Of a DNA stretch of 64,000 nucleotides, positions 33,579 to 43,575 are shown piece after piece. Position 1 is the first letter of the stretch. Each line of letters opens with the position of its first letter. The notes under the pieces are model-generated. The model worked only from the letters and a program-made list of their open reading frames with translations. It was not told the DNA's origin and did no database searches. The stretch is from an uncultured virus (IMG/VR IMGVR_UViG_3300016467_000248) (lineage: Duplodnaviria > Heunggongvirae > Uroviricota > Caudoviricetes), in the IMG/VR virus record IMGVR_UViG_3300016467_000248; one strand, written 5' to 3'. The position numbers and the translations under genes were made by a program.

Positions 33579-36006
33579 TAAGCAAATGACGCCTGCCTCC
33601 CCCGCAGCCCCGCCACCATCGTCCCCGCTAGACCCTAATGCCCTTCTTGACCCGAGCGTAGAGATCGAAATTGAGGCGGATCCCGGCACAGACCCGGCGG
33701 ACGCCATTGGGCAGGCCATGGAGATCATTGATTCTCTGACTGAGCCGGCTTTCGATCATAACCTTGCAGAGACGCTGGACGACTCGTTCCTCGCTTCGCT
33801 CTCCTCCGAGTTGCTTGAGGACTATGGCAATGACAGCCAGAGCCGCAGTGAGTGGGAGAAAACGATTGAGGACGGTCTGGACCTGCTGGGTCTCAAGATG
33901 GAGGACCGCTCCGAGCCTTGGAACGGCGCCTGTGGGGTGTACCACCCGCTATTGACGGAAGCGGCGATTCGCTTCCAGTCTGAGATGATTTCCGAGACAT
34001 TTCCGGCTCAGGGGCCTGTAAAGGCCAAGATTGTGGGCGAGACGACGCCTGAGATCGAGCAGGCGGCTCAAAGAGTGGTAGACGATATGAACTACCACCT
34101 AACGGAAAAAATGACGGAATTTCGCCCTGAGCACGAGCGAATGCTGTGGTCAGAGGCTCTGTTTGGGTCGGCGTTCAAGAAAGTCTATTACGATGAGAAC
34201 CTCGGTCGTCCAACGTCGCTGTTTGTCCCGGCGGAAGACATTGTGGTGCCCTATGGCGCGTCAGACCTTCTAACCTCGCCTCGCATTACCCATGTGATGC
34301 GGAAAACCAAGAATGAGATCCGCAAGCTGCAGGTCGCAGGGTTCTACAAGGACATTAAGCTGGGTGAGCCTTCGAAGACCACGTCTTCGGTTCAGAAGCG
34401 CATTGACTCGGCGGAAGGCCTACGGCCGATCGGAGATGACCGTTACACACTGCTGGAGATGCAGGTCTACCTCGTTATCGAGGACGACTCCTACGGAGAG
34501 GCTGACAAGGACATCGCAGTGCCGTACCTCGTCACCATGCTGGAGGGTACCGGGGACATTCTGTCCATCCGTCGAAACTGGGCTGAGGACGACGAGAAGA
34601 AGAAACCGCTGCAGCATATCGTCCATTACACCTACATCCCCGGGTTTGGGTTCTACGGATTTGGGTTGATCCACCTTCTCGGCAACTTTGCCTCGGCGTC
34701 AACGTCCATTTTACGCCAGCTGGTCGATGCAGGGACTCTCTCAAACCTTCCGGGCGGACTCAAGACCAACGGTCTCCGCGTCAAGGGAGACGACACGCCC
34801 ATCATGCCGGGCGAGTGGAGAGACGTGGACATTGCGTCGGGCGCGCTCAGGGACAACATCATGCCCCTGCCGTACAAGGAGCCCAGCCAGACGCTCGCAG
34901 CTTTGCTGCAGGAAGTGGTTGAGGAAGGGCGCCGACTGGCGGCTACCGCGGACGTCAAGATTTCAGACATGAACGGAGAGGCTCCGGTGGGCACCACCTT
35001 GGCCATTCTCGAGCGCACGCTCAAGGTCATGTCAGCGATTCAGGCGCGGAACCACGTCTCAATGTCGCAGGAGTTCAAGCTCATCGCGGGGCTCATCAAG
35101 GACTATACGGCGCCTTACTACAGCTACCAGACCTCCACCACGGGTGTCCCGACCTACGCAGCCAAGCGGTCGGATTATGAGCAGACGGACATTGTGCCGG
35201 TCTCGGATCCCAACTCGTCCACCATGGCGCAGCGGATCATTCAGTACCAGTCAGCGATTCAGCTGTCTCAGATGGCGCCCAACATCTACAACCTTCCACT
35301 TCTGCACAAGCAGATGCTCCGCGTCATGGGTATCAAGGACGTGGACAAGATCATCGAGACCGATGATGCGCTGAAACCTACCGACCCTGTGTCAGAGAAC
35401 ATGGAGGTCATCAAGGGTAAGCCGGCCAAAGCTTTCATCGAGCAGAACCACGACGCGCACATTGCGGTCCATCAGGCGTTTATCAACGACCCGAATACGG
35501 CTCAGATGATGCAGGGCAATCCCAATGCCCCGGCGGTGATGCAGGCTTTCCAAGCCCACCTCATGGAGCACTATGGGTTCCAGTACCGGGCACAGCTCGA
35601 GCAGCAGTTGGGTATGCCGCTTCCGCCTCCGGGCGAGCCGCTGCCTCCAGAGATGGAGAGCCAGATCGGGCCCCTGCTGGCGCAGGCTGCCTCACAGCTC
35701 AACCAGATGCACGGGGCTCAGGCTCAACAGGCTCAGGCTCAACAGCAGATGCAGGACCCGCTGTTCCAGCAGTCTCAACAGGAGCTGCAGCTCAAGGAGC
35801 AGGAGATCAACAACAAGTTCACCATCGAGCAGGCCAAGATCGATGCGCAGCTTGAGATCGCGCGGATGAACAACGAGGCCAAGATGGGACTGCAGGCCTC
35901 AAAGGATGAGTCCACTCACCAGCTTAAGGCCGCTGAGATTCTGGACAGAAAGATGAATCCTCCGCCACCTCCGGCTCCGGGCGGCTTTCCGGGAGGTAAG
36001 AAATGA
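33571..36006 (+). CDS. Portal protein (P22-like)
   Basis: 811 aa after TerL; HPLLTEA, GSAFKKVYY, GFYGFG; Gln-rich coiled-coil C-terminus. Confidence 0.88.
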   Translation: MIDKQMTPASPAAPPPSSPLDPNALLDPSVEIEIEADPGTDPADAIGQAMEIIDSLTEPAFDHNLAETLDDSFLASLSSELLEDYGNDSQSRSEWEKTIEDGLDLLGLKMEDRSEPWNGACGVYHPLLTEAAIRFQSEMISETFPAQGPVKAKIVGETTPEIEQAAQRVVDDMNYHLTEKMTEFRPEHERMLWSEALFGSAFKKVYYDENLGRPTSLFVPAEDIVVPYGASDLLTSPRITHVMRKTKNEIRKLQVAGFYKDIKLGEPSKTTSSVQKRIDSAEGLRPIGDDRYTLLEMQVYLVIEDDSYGEADKDIAVPYLVTMLEGTGDILSIRRNWAEDDEKKKPLQHIVHYTYIPGFGFYGFGLIHLLGNFASASTSILRQLVDAGTLSNLPGGLKTNGLRVKGDDTPIMPGEWRDVDIASGALRDNIMPLPYKEPSQTLAALLQEVVEEGRRLAATADVKISDMNGEAPVGTTLAILERTLKVMSAIQARNHVSMSQEFKLIAGLIKDYTAPYYSYQTSTTGVPTYAAKRSDYEQTDIVPVSDPNSSTMAQRIIQYQSAIQLSQMAPNIYNLPLLHKQMLRVMGIKDVDKIIETDDALKPTDPVSENMEVIKGKPAKAFIEQNHDAHIAVHQAFINDPNTAQMMQGNPNAPAVMQAFQAHLMEHYGFQYRAQLEQQLGMPLPPPGEPLPPEMESQIGPLLAQAASQLNQMHGAQAQQAQAQQQMQDPLFQQSQQELQLKEQEINNKFTIEQAKIDAQLEIARMNNEAKMGLQASKDESTHQLKAAEILDRKMNPPPPPAPGGFPGGKK

Positions 36007-36212
36007 GGGACGAACAGTCCGCTGGAGAACGCCTATCCCTCTGGATGGGCGACCAGATTCAGATGCACGAGAATGCCATCACGCACGGTGGTGCTAAGAC
36101 ATTCGAGGAATATCGCGAGATATGCGGAGTCATTCGAGGGCTCCGTATCGCAAAGAGTGAGCTGGACAACATGATGCGGAACTGGGAAATCGCATCTGAG
36201 CTAGACGACTAA
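36003..36212 (+). CDS. Conserved small head-module protein
   Basis: EYREICGVIRGL; coupled to the portal gene. Confidence 0.65.
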   Translation: MRDEQSAGERLSLWMGDQIQMHENAITHGGAKTFEEYREICGVIRGLRIAKSELDNMMRNWEIASELDD

Positions 36213-36289
36213 TTCCCAAATCTAAGTCCTAGGAATACATCGCGCCTAGGGTAACTTAGCAATCAAAGGCGATGCTTGTGGAGTCAACG

Positions 36290-36679
36290 ATGTCATTAAC
36301 GAATATCGACACTGATAAAACTCTGGAGAAGGGTAGCGAGTTAGCTTCTCGTCTACCTAAGCCAGTGGGGTATCAGATCCTCGTCATTAAACCTAAGATC
36401 GAGGACAAGACTGAAGGCGGTATCCTAAAGCCGCAAGAATTCATCCGAAAGGAAGAAACGGGATCTGTCGTAGGCCTTGTCCTTGAACTGGGTGATATGG
36501 CGTATTCTGATGCTACGCGGTTCCCTACGGGTGCATGGTGTAAGAAAGGAGACTTCATTCTCATTGGTGCCTATCGGGGCCAGCGCTTTACCGTGGACGG
36601 TGAAGAGTTTGTTCTTATTCATGATGACATGGTGCTGGCGACAGTATCTGATCCTCGTGGTATTAACCGAGCGTACTAA
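36290..36679 (+). CDS. GroES-like co-chaperonin
   Basis: LPKPVGYQILV...KTEGGIL...GPWC-like GAWCKKGD...LIHDDMVLA. Confidence 0.85.
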   Translation: MSLTNIDTDKTLEKGSELASRLPKPVGYQILVIKPKIEDKTEGGILKPQEFIRKEETGSVVGLVLELGDMAYSDATRFPTGAWCKKGDFILIGAYRGQRFTVDGEEFVLIHDDMVLATVSDPRGINRAY

Positions 36680-36690
36680 GGAGATAGACC

Positions 36691-37635
36691 ATGGATCCTA
36701 AGAACGAGATTATCGAAAACGAAGAACTCGAGATTGATATCGTTGACGACACTCCCGAAGAAGACCAAGGCAGACAGCCTTTGCCGCCTATCTCAGACGA
36801 TGAGCTAGAGCAGCAGAAACAGGAAATGGACGCGTATGCGTCAAAGGGTGTGCAGGAGCGCATCAACAAGCTGACACACCATATTCATGACGAGCGTCGA
36901 GCAAAGGAAGAGGCATTGCGCCGGGCTGAGGCCGCGGAGCAGTTTGCCAAACAGGTTTACGAAGAGAATCAGAAGTATCAGGATACCCTGACTTGGGGTC
37001 GCAACGAGTACTTCAACGAGGTGAATGCACGCCTTGATCTGGCTCAGCAGCTGGCTGAGCAGGGCTACCGGAAGGCCTACGAAGAGGGCAATACGGACGA
37101 GATCATCAAGGCTCAGCAGGCCATGCAGGACATTACGATCAAGCGTGCCCAGCTGGCTAACATGCCACCTCCAGTACCCAAGGAAGACTTTAAGTTCCAA
37201 CCGCAAGAGCCGATTCCTGATTTTCAGCAGCAATATCAGCAGCCAGAGCAGGAACCCCAGTACGAAGAGCCCTTGCAGGACGAAATTGTCCCTGATATAA
37301 AGGTCCAAGAATGGACAGCCCGGAACCCATGGTTTGGGGAAAACGGCGACCCAGAGATGACTTTTGCAGCTCTAGGTGTTCACAGAAGTTTGGTTAATCG
37401 AGGTGTAGACACAAGTTCGGACGAGTATTATGCGGCACTCGACCAAAGAATGGCTCAGTTATACCCCGAAAAATTAGGTAAGCCACGCCGATCGTCACAT
37501 GTGGCCCCCGCTGGCAGAACAACTGCCACGAAGAAGGTGACGCTAACCAAGGCGCAAGAAGCGTTTGCAAAGAAATTTAACATCCCCCTTGAAAGGATGG
37601 CGAGGGAGCAGATGAAAGCGAATGGAGATATCTAA
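36691..37635 (+). CDS. Putative scaffolding protein
   Basis: Acidic coiled coil with WTARNPWF; lies between portal and capsid genes. Confidence 0.7.
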   Translation: MDPKNEIIENEELEIDIVDDTPEEDQGRQPLPPISDDELEQQKQEMDAYASKGVQERINKLTHHIHDERRAKEEALRRAEAAEQFAKQVYEENQKYQDTLTWGRNEYFNEVNARLDLAQQLAEQGYRKAYEEGNTDEIIKAQQAMQDITIKRAQLANMPPPVPKEDFKFQPQEPIPDFQQQYQQPEQEPQYEEPLQDEIVPDIKVQEWTARNPWFGENGDPEMTFAALGVHRSLVNRGVDTSSDEYYAALDQRMAQLYPEKLGKPRRSSHVAPAGRTTATKKVTLTKAQEAFAKKFNIPLERMAREQMKANGDI

Positions 37636-38102
37636 TGGCTGAACAAGCACCTGTACGCGCGGCCTCTACGAGAGCGCAGGAAACGAGAGCAACTGAAGCA
37701 CGCAAGGTTTCTTGGAAACCGGCGCACGATCTTCCGGTGCCCGACCCGCAGGAAGGCTATGTCTTCCATTGGAAGCGAGTGTCATATCTTGGCAACTCGG
37801 ATCCCGCTAACATGGCGAAAGCGCGGCGAGAAGGATGGGAACCCTGTAAAGCAGAGGATCACCCTGAGATGATGGCCGACTACGCAGCATTTGGACTCAA
37901 GCCAGCAGGTCTCATTGAGATCGGCGGTCTGGTCCTGTGCAAAACCACGGTTGAGAATGCCCAAGCCCGTAATGAATATTACGCCAACATCACCCAGCGA
38001 CAGGCCGACTCCGTGGACAACAACTTCCTCAAAGAGAATGACCCAAGAATGCCTCTCTTCCGTGAGGGTCGCTCGAAGGTGTCATTTGGTAGCGGTTCCT
38101 AA
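37635..38102 (+). CDS. Conserved head-module protein
   Basis: REGWEP...GGLVLCK. Confidence 0.65.
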   Translation: MAEQAPVRAASTRAQETRATEARKVSWKPAHDLPVPDPQEGYVFHWKRVSYLGNSDPANMAKARREGWEPCKAEDHPEMMADYAAFGLKPAGLIEIGGLVLCKTTVENAQARNEYYANITQRQADSVDNNFLKENDPRMPLFREGRSKVSFGSGS

Positions 38103-38142
38103 GGTTTTAGGGGCCGTAGGTAACACAATTTAGGAGCAACTT

Positions 38143-38799
38143 ATGGCATATCCTAACGGTATTGGCCCTACTGGTCTGGTTCCTGTGAACCTGATTGGTG
38201 GCCGAGTTTATAACGCGGCGGTTCGTCAGATTCCGATTGCTTCTGGGTACGCTCAGAACATCGGTTACGGCGACTTCGTCACCTACACCACTGACGGCAC
38301 GATTGTCCGCGTTGACACCACCGCTGGTGCGAAGACCACTTTCGCAGCGGCTCCGGTTGGTATCTTCCTCGGATGCTCATACGTATCTGCGACTGGAATG
38401 AAGTACTTCACTCCTAACCAGTACTGGCCGACTGGCACCACGATCATTCAGGACAACGAAAACTACGGCTACGGCTGGGCTTACGTTTGTGAAGATCCTG
38501 ATGCTGTTTTCATGGCCACCCTTACGGACGGTTCTGGCAATCTGTACACCGCTTCTGGCGCTACTCAGGCTAATGTAGGTGAGAACGTAGGTTACTACGT
38601 TGGCACCGGTCTGGTTAACACCACCACGGGTAACAGTATCGTATCTGTAAACCTTGCGTCTGCAGCAACCACCAACACCCTGCCTTTGCGTATTATCGAC
38701 CTCGACCGTTCTACGGCGCTGTCTGATGGTACCTATCAGCGGGTTCTGGTTAGCTTCAACTCAGGTTTCCATTTCTATCGCCAGACCACCGGTATCTAA
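38143..38799 (+). CDS. Putative capsid decoration/cement protein
   Basis: Beta-rich ORF immediately upstream of the major capsid gene. Confidence 0.6.
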   Translation: MAYPNGIGPTGLVPVNLIGGRVYNAAVRQIPIASGYAQNIGYGDFVTYTTDGTIVRVDTTAGAKTTFAAAPVGIFLGCSYVSATGMKYFTPNQYWPTGTTIIQDNENYGYGWAYVCEDPDAVFMATLTDGSGNLYTASGATQANVGENVGYYVGTGLVNTTTGNSIVSVNLASAATTNTLPLRIIDLDRSTALSDGTYQRVLVSFNSGFHFYRQTTGI

Positions 38800-38812
38800 G
38801 GGAGTAACGTAA

Positions 38813-39727
38813 ATGGCTGCTATTTCACGCGCGCAATTACTTAAGGAGCTGCTCCCCGGTCTGAACGCCCTGTTCGGTCTGGAATATGAGCGGTATGGTG
38901 AGGAATTCAAGGAGATTTTCGAGATCGAAAGCTCCGAGCGTTCCTTTGAAGAAGAACAGAAGCTGTCCGGTTTCGGCGCAGCTCCGGTCAAGGCTGAAGG
39001 CAGCGCTATCGCATACGATAACGCTCAGGAAGCATGGAACGTGCGGTACACCCACGAAACCATCGCTCTTGGCTTCTCTCTGACCGAAGAAGCGGTTGAA
39101 GATAACCTGTACGACAGTCTCTCTGCTCGCTACACCAAGGCACTGGCTCGCGCCATGGCCTACACCAAGGAAGTGAAGGGTGCCAACATCCTGAACAACG
39201 GCTTTAACTCGAACTACAAAGGTGGTGACGGTAAGTCTCTGTTCGCGACGGATCACCCGCTCACCTACGGCGGCACTATCTCTAACCGTCCGGCTACCGC
39301 AGCCGATCTGAACGAAACCTCGCTTGAAAACGCGGTTATTCAGATTTCTCTGTGGACCGATGAACGTGGCCTGCTCATCGCAGCTAAGCCGAAGAAGCTG
39401 ATCATCCCGTCTGCTCTGCAGTTCGTGGCGACCCGCATCCTCGAAACTGAGCTCCGCGTTGGCACCACCGACAACGACGTAAACGCTCTGAAGAACAACG
39501 GCTCAATCCCGGGCGGCTGGACTGTCAACCACTGGTTGACCGATACCAACGCATGGTTCTTGACCACCGACGTTCCGAATGGTCTAAAGCATTTTGTTCG
39601 TACACCACTGTCCACCAGTATGGATGCTGATTTCGACACAGGAAATGCGAGATACAAGGCGAGGGAGAGATACAGCTTCGGCTGGAGCGATTTCCTCGGG
39701 GTCTTTGGGTCACCCGGCGCAAGCTGA
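38813..39727 (+). CDS. Major capsid protein (HK97 fold)
   Basis: MAAISRAQLLKELLPGLNALFG...GGDGKSLF..DHP...RERYSFGWSD; strong codon bias; followed by a terminator. Confidence 0.88.
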   Translation: MAAISRAQLLKELLPGLNALFGLEYERYGEEFKEIFEIESSERSFEEEQKLSGFGAAPVKAEGSAIAYDNAQEAWNVRYTHETIALGFSLTEEAVEDNLYDSLSARYTKALARAMAYTKEVKGANILNNGFNSNYKGGDGKSLFATDHPLTYGGTISNRPATAADLNETSLENAVIQISLWTDERGLLIAAKPKKLIIPSALQFVATRILETELRVGTTDNDVNALKNNGSIPGGWTVNHWLTDTNAWFLTTDVPNGLKHFVRTPLSTSMDADFDTGNARYKARERYSFGWSDFLGVFGSPGAS

Positions 39728-39771
39728 TAGCCTAAGGAAATCAAAGGGTTGGGAGTTTCCTAGCCGAGACG

Positions 39772-39797
39772 AGGGGCCTTCGGGCCCCTTTTCTTTT
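39772..39797 (+). terminator. Rho-independent terminator after the capsid gene
   Basis: AGGGGCC-TTCG-GGCCCCT-TTTCTTTT. Confidence 0.88.
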
Positions 39798-39868
39798 GCT
39801 TGATAGAAAGTGGTTGACAGTGGTTGATAGACAGTGATACAGTGGCTTCACCAAAATTGGAGAAGCTA

Positions 39869-41296
39869 ATGAGAATCCAGAAAAATATGAATGCTAGGCA
39901 GACAGCTAGGGACAATGGGGACAAATACTATGAGACTGGACTGCCCTGCAAAAAAGGCCATGTATCTAAACGCGCAACAAGAACAGGTACGTGCGTAGCG
40001 TGCACAGACGCCGCTTCCGCGGCGTGGAAAAAGAAAAACCCGGAAAGACATGCCGCCGCTGTGCATAAGTACAGGGAAAACAACTCCGAAGCGATAAAAG
40101 CAACCAACAGGAGCAGGATTAAGGAAAAGCGCGTGGCTAACCCCGAGTGGGCTAAAGAGCAGTCAAACAAAAACTATAGAGTAAAAATTGCTAAAGAAGG
40201 TAGAGAAGTTAGGGCCTTCAACAGATTGACTGAAACGGAAGTTGTAGGTCGGCTTTTAACAGTGCACGGTGACGACGTTCTGTACGTGTCTGGTTTTTCT
40301 TCCATGACTAGCAACGCTGTCTTCAAATGTATGGAGCATGATGTAATTGTCGAGGCCCACCCGCATAATGTACTTAGGGGAGCAAACCCATGCCCTAAAT
40401 GCAATCATATGAAGTCTGGGATGGAAGATGAAATAGCTGCGTTCCTTGAGCAGTTCACAGCAGTAGAGCGCAGAAATAGGGTGGTAATTGCACCAAAAGA
40501 AATCGACATTTGGCTCCCAGAATACAACATTGGTATTGAGTTTCACGGCCTGTTCTGGCACACCACGAATCGGGTAGGAAAGCTGCACAAAGAAAAATGG
40601 CAGCTCGCGCAAAAGGCAGACATTCGGCTGGTGCAGATCTTCGAGGACGAATGGCTCAACAAACAGGACATCGTTAAAGCTCGACTCTTGGCGTTCATAG
40701 GCAAAGCGGAGAAACGTGACGCACGTAAGCTGGGCTTGCGCATAACCCAATGGAAAAACGCGAAAGAGTTTTTAGTCTCTACACACATTCAGGGTGCTGG
40801 ACCTGTTGGTACAGCGTATGGCCTTTATGAAAACGAAACCCTTGTTGCGGTAGCGACGTTCGGTAAAAGCCGATCGGGCGCTATGACCGGAGCGAAGAAA
40901 GAAGGCGAATATGAAGTGCTGCGGTACGCCTCTACAGGTACTGTCCGCGGGGGTTTCACTCGGTTATTTGCGGCATTCTTAAAAGACGTGCAACCTGAAA
41001 AAGTGCTTAGCTATTGTGACCTACGCTATGGCACGGGGGGTCTGTACAAGGCAGCAGGGTTTGCGCTGGACAGCGTGACGGAGCCGGACTATTGGTGGGT
41101 CCCGGTAGGAAAGATAGAGAGGGTGTCGCGGTATGCCGTGCAGAAGTATAAAATGGCTGTTACCTCCCACCCACTTAACGAGTTCTACTCAGCTACTAAG
41201 ACAGAGAATCAGATATGCGAAGAAGCGGGATGGGAAAAAATACACGGAGTAGGCAACCAACGATGGGTATGGAAAGATGAAAGGAGTGGTCCATGA
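39869..41296 (+). CDS. Free-standing Hef-like homing endonuclease (Zn ribbons, Vsr-like PD-(D/E)XK core, C-terminal GNAT-like region)
   Basis: PCKKGH...CVAC, CPKC, EIDIWLPEYNIGIEFHGLFWH, IFEDEW, SYCDLRYGTGGLYKAAGF; A-rich composition unlike its neighbours. Confidence 0.7.
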   Translation: MRIQKNMNARQTARDNGDKYYETGLPCKKGHVSKRATRTGTCVACTDAASAAWKKKNPERHAAAVHKYRENNSEAIKATNRSRIKEKRVANPEWAKEQSNKNYRVKIAKEGREVRAFNRLTETEVVGRLLTVHGDDVLYVSGFSSMTSNAVFKCMEHDVIVEAHPHNVLRGANPCPKCNHMKSGMEDEIAAFLEQFTAVERRNRVVIAPKEIDIWLPEYNIGIEFHGLFWHTTNRVGKLHKEKWQLAQKADIRLVQIFEDEWLNKQDIVKARLLAFIGKAEKRDARKLGLRITQWKNAKEFLVSTHIQGAGPVGTAYGLYENETLVAVATFGKSRSGAMTGAKKEGEYEVLRYASTGTVRGGFTRLFAAFLKDVQPEKVLSYCDLRYGTGGLYKAAGFALDSVTEPDYWWVPVGKIERVSRYAVQKYKMAVTSHPLNEFYSATKTENQICEEAGWEKIHGVGNQRWVWKDERSGP

Positions 41297-41489
41297 TGCA
41301 TTCACAGAAAGGGACAACTCGACTTATTGTGCTATTCGGATTATTGGGTTTCTTGGTGTGGCTCTTGTTGGCTCAGCTATTGTGGTGGGCACTGCTCCCC
41401 TTGAAGTCGGGGCCGGAGTTGCAGCCATCATGGGTGCCCTCGGAGGCGGAATCCGCCTCAAAAGTGAAGGAGTTGACACAGCAAAATAA
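41277..41489 (+). CDS. Small membrane protein
   Basis: Two hydrophobic segments. Confidence 0.45.
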   Translation: MKGVVHDAFTERDNSTYCAIRIIGFLGVALVGSAIVVGTAPLEVGAGVAAIMGALGGGIRLKSEGVDTAK

Positions 41490-41501
41490 GTAGGCTACAA
41501 A
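41473..41501 (+). promoter_or_regulatory. Possible sigma70-like promoter
   Basis: TTGACA-17-TACAAA. Confidence 0.4.
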
Positions 41502-41590
41502 GGCCTCAACTCTGGGATTTTTCTACTTGCCTGATCGACTGGCCCAGCAGACACGCACACGACGACAGGCGCAGGTGCAAGAGGTTTATC

Positions 41591-42049
41591 ATGGGTTTCG
41601 CATCTCATTTGGGTGTCTGGAGGACGGGTACCGTCAAGGACACCACCGGCACGACTCCGGGAACCATTTCTAACATGGGCTGTGCAGTCCTCTCTCAGAC
41701 TGCGGCTCTTGGCCTTACCACTTCTACGCCGTTTGTCATTCCGGCCGGCGCACAGATTCTCTACTTCAACATCGACGTCACCACGACGTTTACCTCCGGC
41801 GCTACGCTGGCCGTAGGCGATGGAACCACTGCAGCAAAGTACGTTACCGCAATCACGACTCCGGCCGCTGGCCGTCAGGCGATTACGTACACCGCGGCTC
41901 AGCTCACCAATATGTCCAACATCGGCACTTCCGATGTTCAGGTCACGGTGACCATGGCCGGTACGACTGCTGTTGCAGGCGCAGGTTTCATCACGGTGGT
42001 CTACGTCCAGCACGCCAGCGATGGATCCGCAGCTCCTGCCTCCTCTTAA
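41591..42049 (+). CDS. Virion structural protein (beta-rich, minor capsid-like)
   Basis: Thr/Ala/Gly-rich; GAGG RBS. Confidence 0.65.
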   Translation: MGFASHLGVWRTGTVKDTTGTTPGTISNMGCAVLSQTAALGLTTSTPFVIPAGAQILYFNIDVTTTFTSGATLAVGDGTTAAKYVTAITTPAAGRQAITYTAAQLTNMSNIGTSDVQVTVTMAGTTAVAGAGFITVVYVQHASDGSAAPASS

Positions 42050-42062
42050 TGGGCTGGATGCA

Positions 42063-42296
42063 ATGGACTTGCAGTACATCGTTGACGGTGTAATAGCCCT
42101 CGTAGGGGCCCTATTCGGTTGGCTTTTCAAGATTGTCTGGGACGCGATTCGCGAGCTCAAAGAGGACATGAAGGAAACCAACCGAATGATCCACGAGAAC
42201 TATGTCCGTAAGGACGACTACCGAATAGACATGGCTGAGATAAAGGGCATGTTTAATCGGATCATGGACAAACTCGAGCAGAAGGTGGACAAATGA
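42063..42296 (+). CDS. TM plus coiled-coil protein (possible holin/spanin-like)
   Basis: N-terminal TM helix then YVRKDDY...KLEQKVDK. Confidence 0.55.
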   Translation: MDLQYIVDGVIALVGALFGWLFKIVWDAIRELKEDMKETNRMIHENYVRKDDYRIDMAEIKGMFNRIMDKLEQKVDK

Positions 42297-42529
42297 CCAT
42301 GCCGTCTCGTGGGATTCCAGATATTCAAAGACAAGCTAGAGGTAACGATATGAAGAAGTCAAAGGCGCCCATGATGGGCAAGAAGGGTTCGCCCATGGAC
42401 AAAATGTCCGTTGGTTCCATGTCTTCAAAGAGCCCACTGCCGATGAAGTGTGGTGGCAAAGCCTACAAGAAGGGCGGCTCCATTGACGGTATTGCCAAGA
42501 AAGGCAAGACCAACTGCAAGCACGTCTAA
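42293..42529 (+). CDS. Small basic protein with KxGG motifs
   Basis: MKCGG, YKKGG, DGIAKKGKT. Confidence 0.6.
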   Translation: MTMPSRGIPDIQRQARGNDMKKSKAPMMGKKGSPMDKMSVGSMSSKSPLPMKCGGKAYKKGGSIDGIAKKGKTNCKHV

Positions 42530-42999
42530 TGGACGGGTGGCAGGGTCAGAATGCGGGACTGAGCACCTCCGGGTGGCTTCCCGTCTATAACGCGGCATCT
42601 CAGATGGGATATGGGCAGCAACAGCAGCCTCAAGCCCAGATGGGTCCGTATGGCTCTGCTCCGCCCCTTGGGGCGTCTCCTGCAGGGCAGGGGGCCCCAC
42701 AGTTTCAAGGACCGGGCACTGCTCCGCAGTTTCCGCAGGGTCCGCAGCCTCAGCCTTATGGCATGGGCGCTGGAGCGCCGCCGATGGGGACTCAGCCGCT
42801 AGGCTCCTCAACTCAGGGCGTGCCATCTCCTCAGCTGCCACAAGGCACCGCACAGGGCTTTACTCAGGGTTATGGCAAGCCGCTCTCGATGAGCAACTTC
42901 CTGCCGCAGCAGGGGCGCCAGATCATGGGTAATCCGACGTCTACGTTCGTCGGACAAGGCGGCATCGCTTCCGCTCTGAGCGGAGGTCAGTATGACTGA
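42529..42999 (+). CDS. Gln/Pro/Gly-rich low-complexity protein
   Basis: Coupled ORF; GGIASAL near the end. Confidence 0.55.
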   Translation: MDGWQGQNAGLSTSGWLPVYNAASQMGYGQQQQPQAQMGPYGSAPPLGASPAGQGAPQFQGPGTAPQFPQGPQPQPYGMGAGAPPMGTQPLGSSTQGVPSPQLPQGTAQGFTQGYGKPLSMSNFLPQQGRQIMGNPTSTFVGQGGIASALSGGQYD

Positions 43000-43147
43000 G
43001 GTATGGGACAAGCCCAGACCCAAAGGGCTCGGAAAACCTAAAAAGTTGAGCTCAGCCAAAAAGTCAGCGGCCAAAGCCGCGGCGAAAAAGGCAGGGCGTC
43101 CTTACCCGAATCTCGTCGATAACCTGCGTGCAGCGAGGAAGAAATAA
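42992..43147 (+). CDS. 51-aa basic protein (AGRPYPNLVDN family)
   Basis: Translated by hand; GGAGG RBS; TAATG coupling. Confidence 0.6.
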   Translation: MTEVWDKPRPKGLGKPKKLSSAKKSAAKAAAKKAGRPYPNLVDNLRAARKK

Positions 43148-43575
43148 TGGCTAAGAAACGTAAGTTTGCAGATGGCGGTATGACGGATGTGTATGAAGTT
43201 CCGGGTAGACCAAACTACGCGGCTTCTGAAGCCCTGCTTAAAAAAAGAGCGGCAGCAAACCCAGAAAAACCCGACACTAGATTTGATACTATTCGCCGCA
43301 TGGCTGGTCAATTTGGCGATATGCTAGAAGAAGGCAGGTATCGCAGGTCTGAGAAACCTCATTATAGAGAAGAAGTAGAGGCTTCTATTTCTAATAGGGA
43401 CGACGCGTATAATAAAGCGATGACGGACAAAGCTCAGTCCGCCGAGGCCCTTAAAGCGCGTAAAAAGACCGATCCTATGTCTGTCAAGGAAACCGAGTAC
43501 AAAAAAGGTGGGGTTGTAAAACACCGCGGAGATGGTCTAGCTCAACGCGGTAGAACCAAAGGTAGGTTCGTGTAA
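43147..43575 (+). CDS. Basic protein with FADGG/YKKGG motifs
   Basis: Ends RGDGLAQRGRTKGRFV. Confidence 0.6.
   Translation: MAKKRKFADGGMTDVYEVPGRPNYAASEALLKKRAAANPEKPDTRFDTIRRMAGQFGDMLEEGRYRRSEKPHYREEVEASISNRDDAYNKAMTDKAQSAEALKARKKTDPMSVKETEYKKGGVVKHRGDGLAQRGRTKGRFV

Noticed and set aside
41530..41570. Hammerhead ribozyme
   Set aside because: CTGATCGA does not fit CUGANGA and no GAAA core is present.
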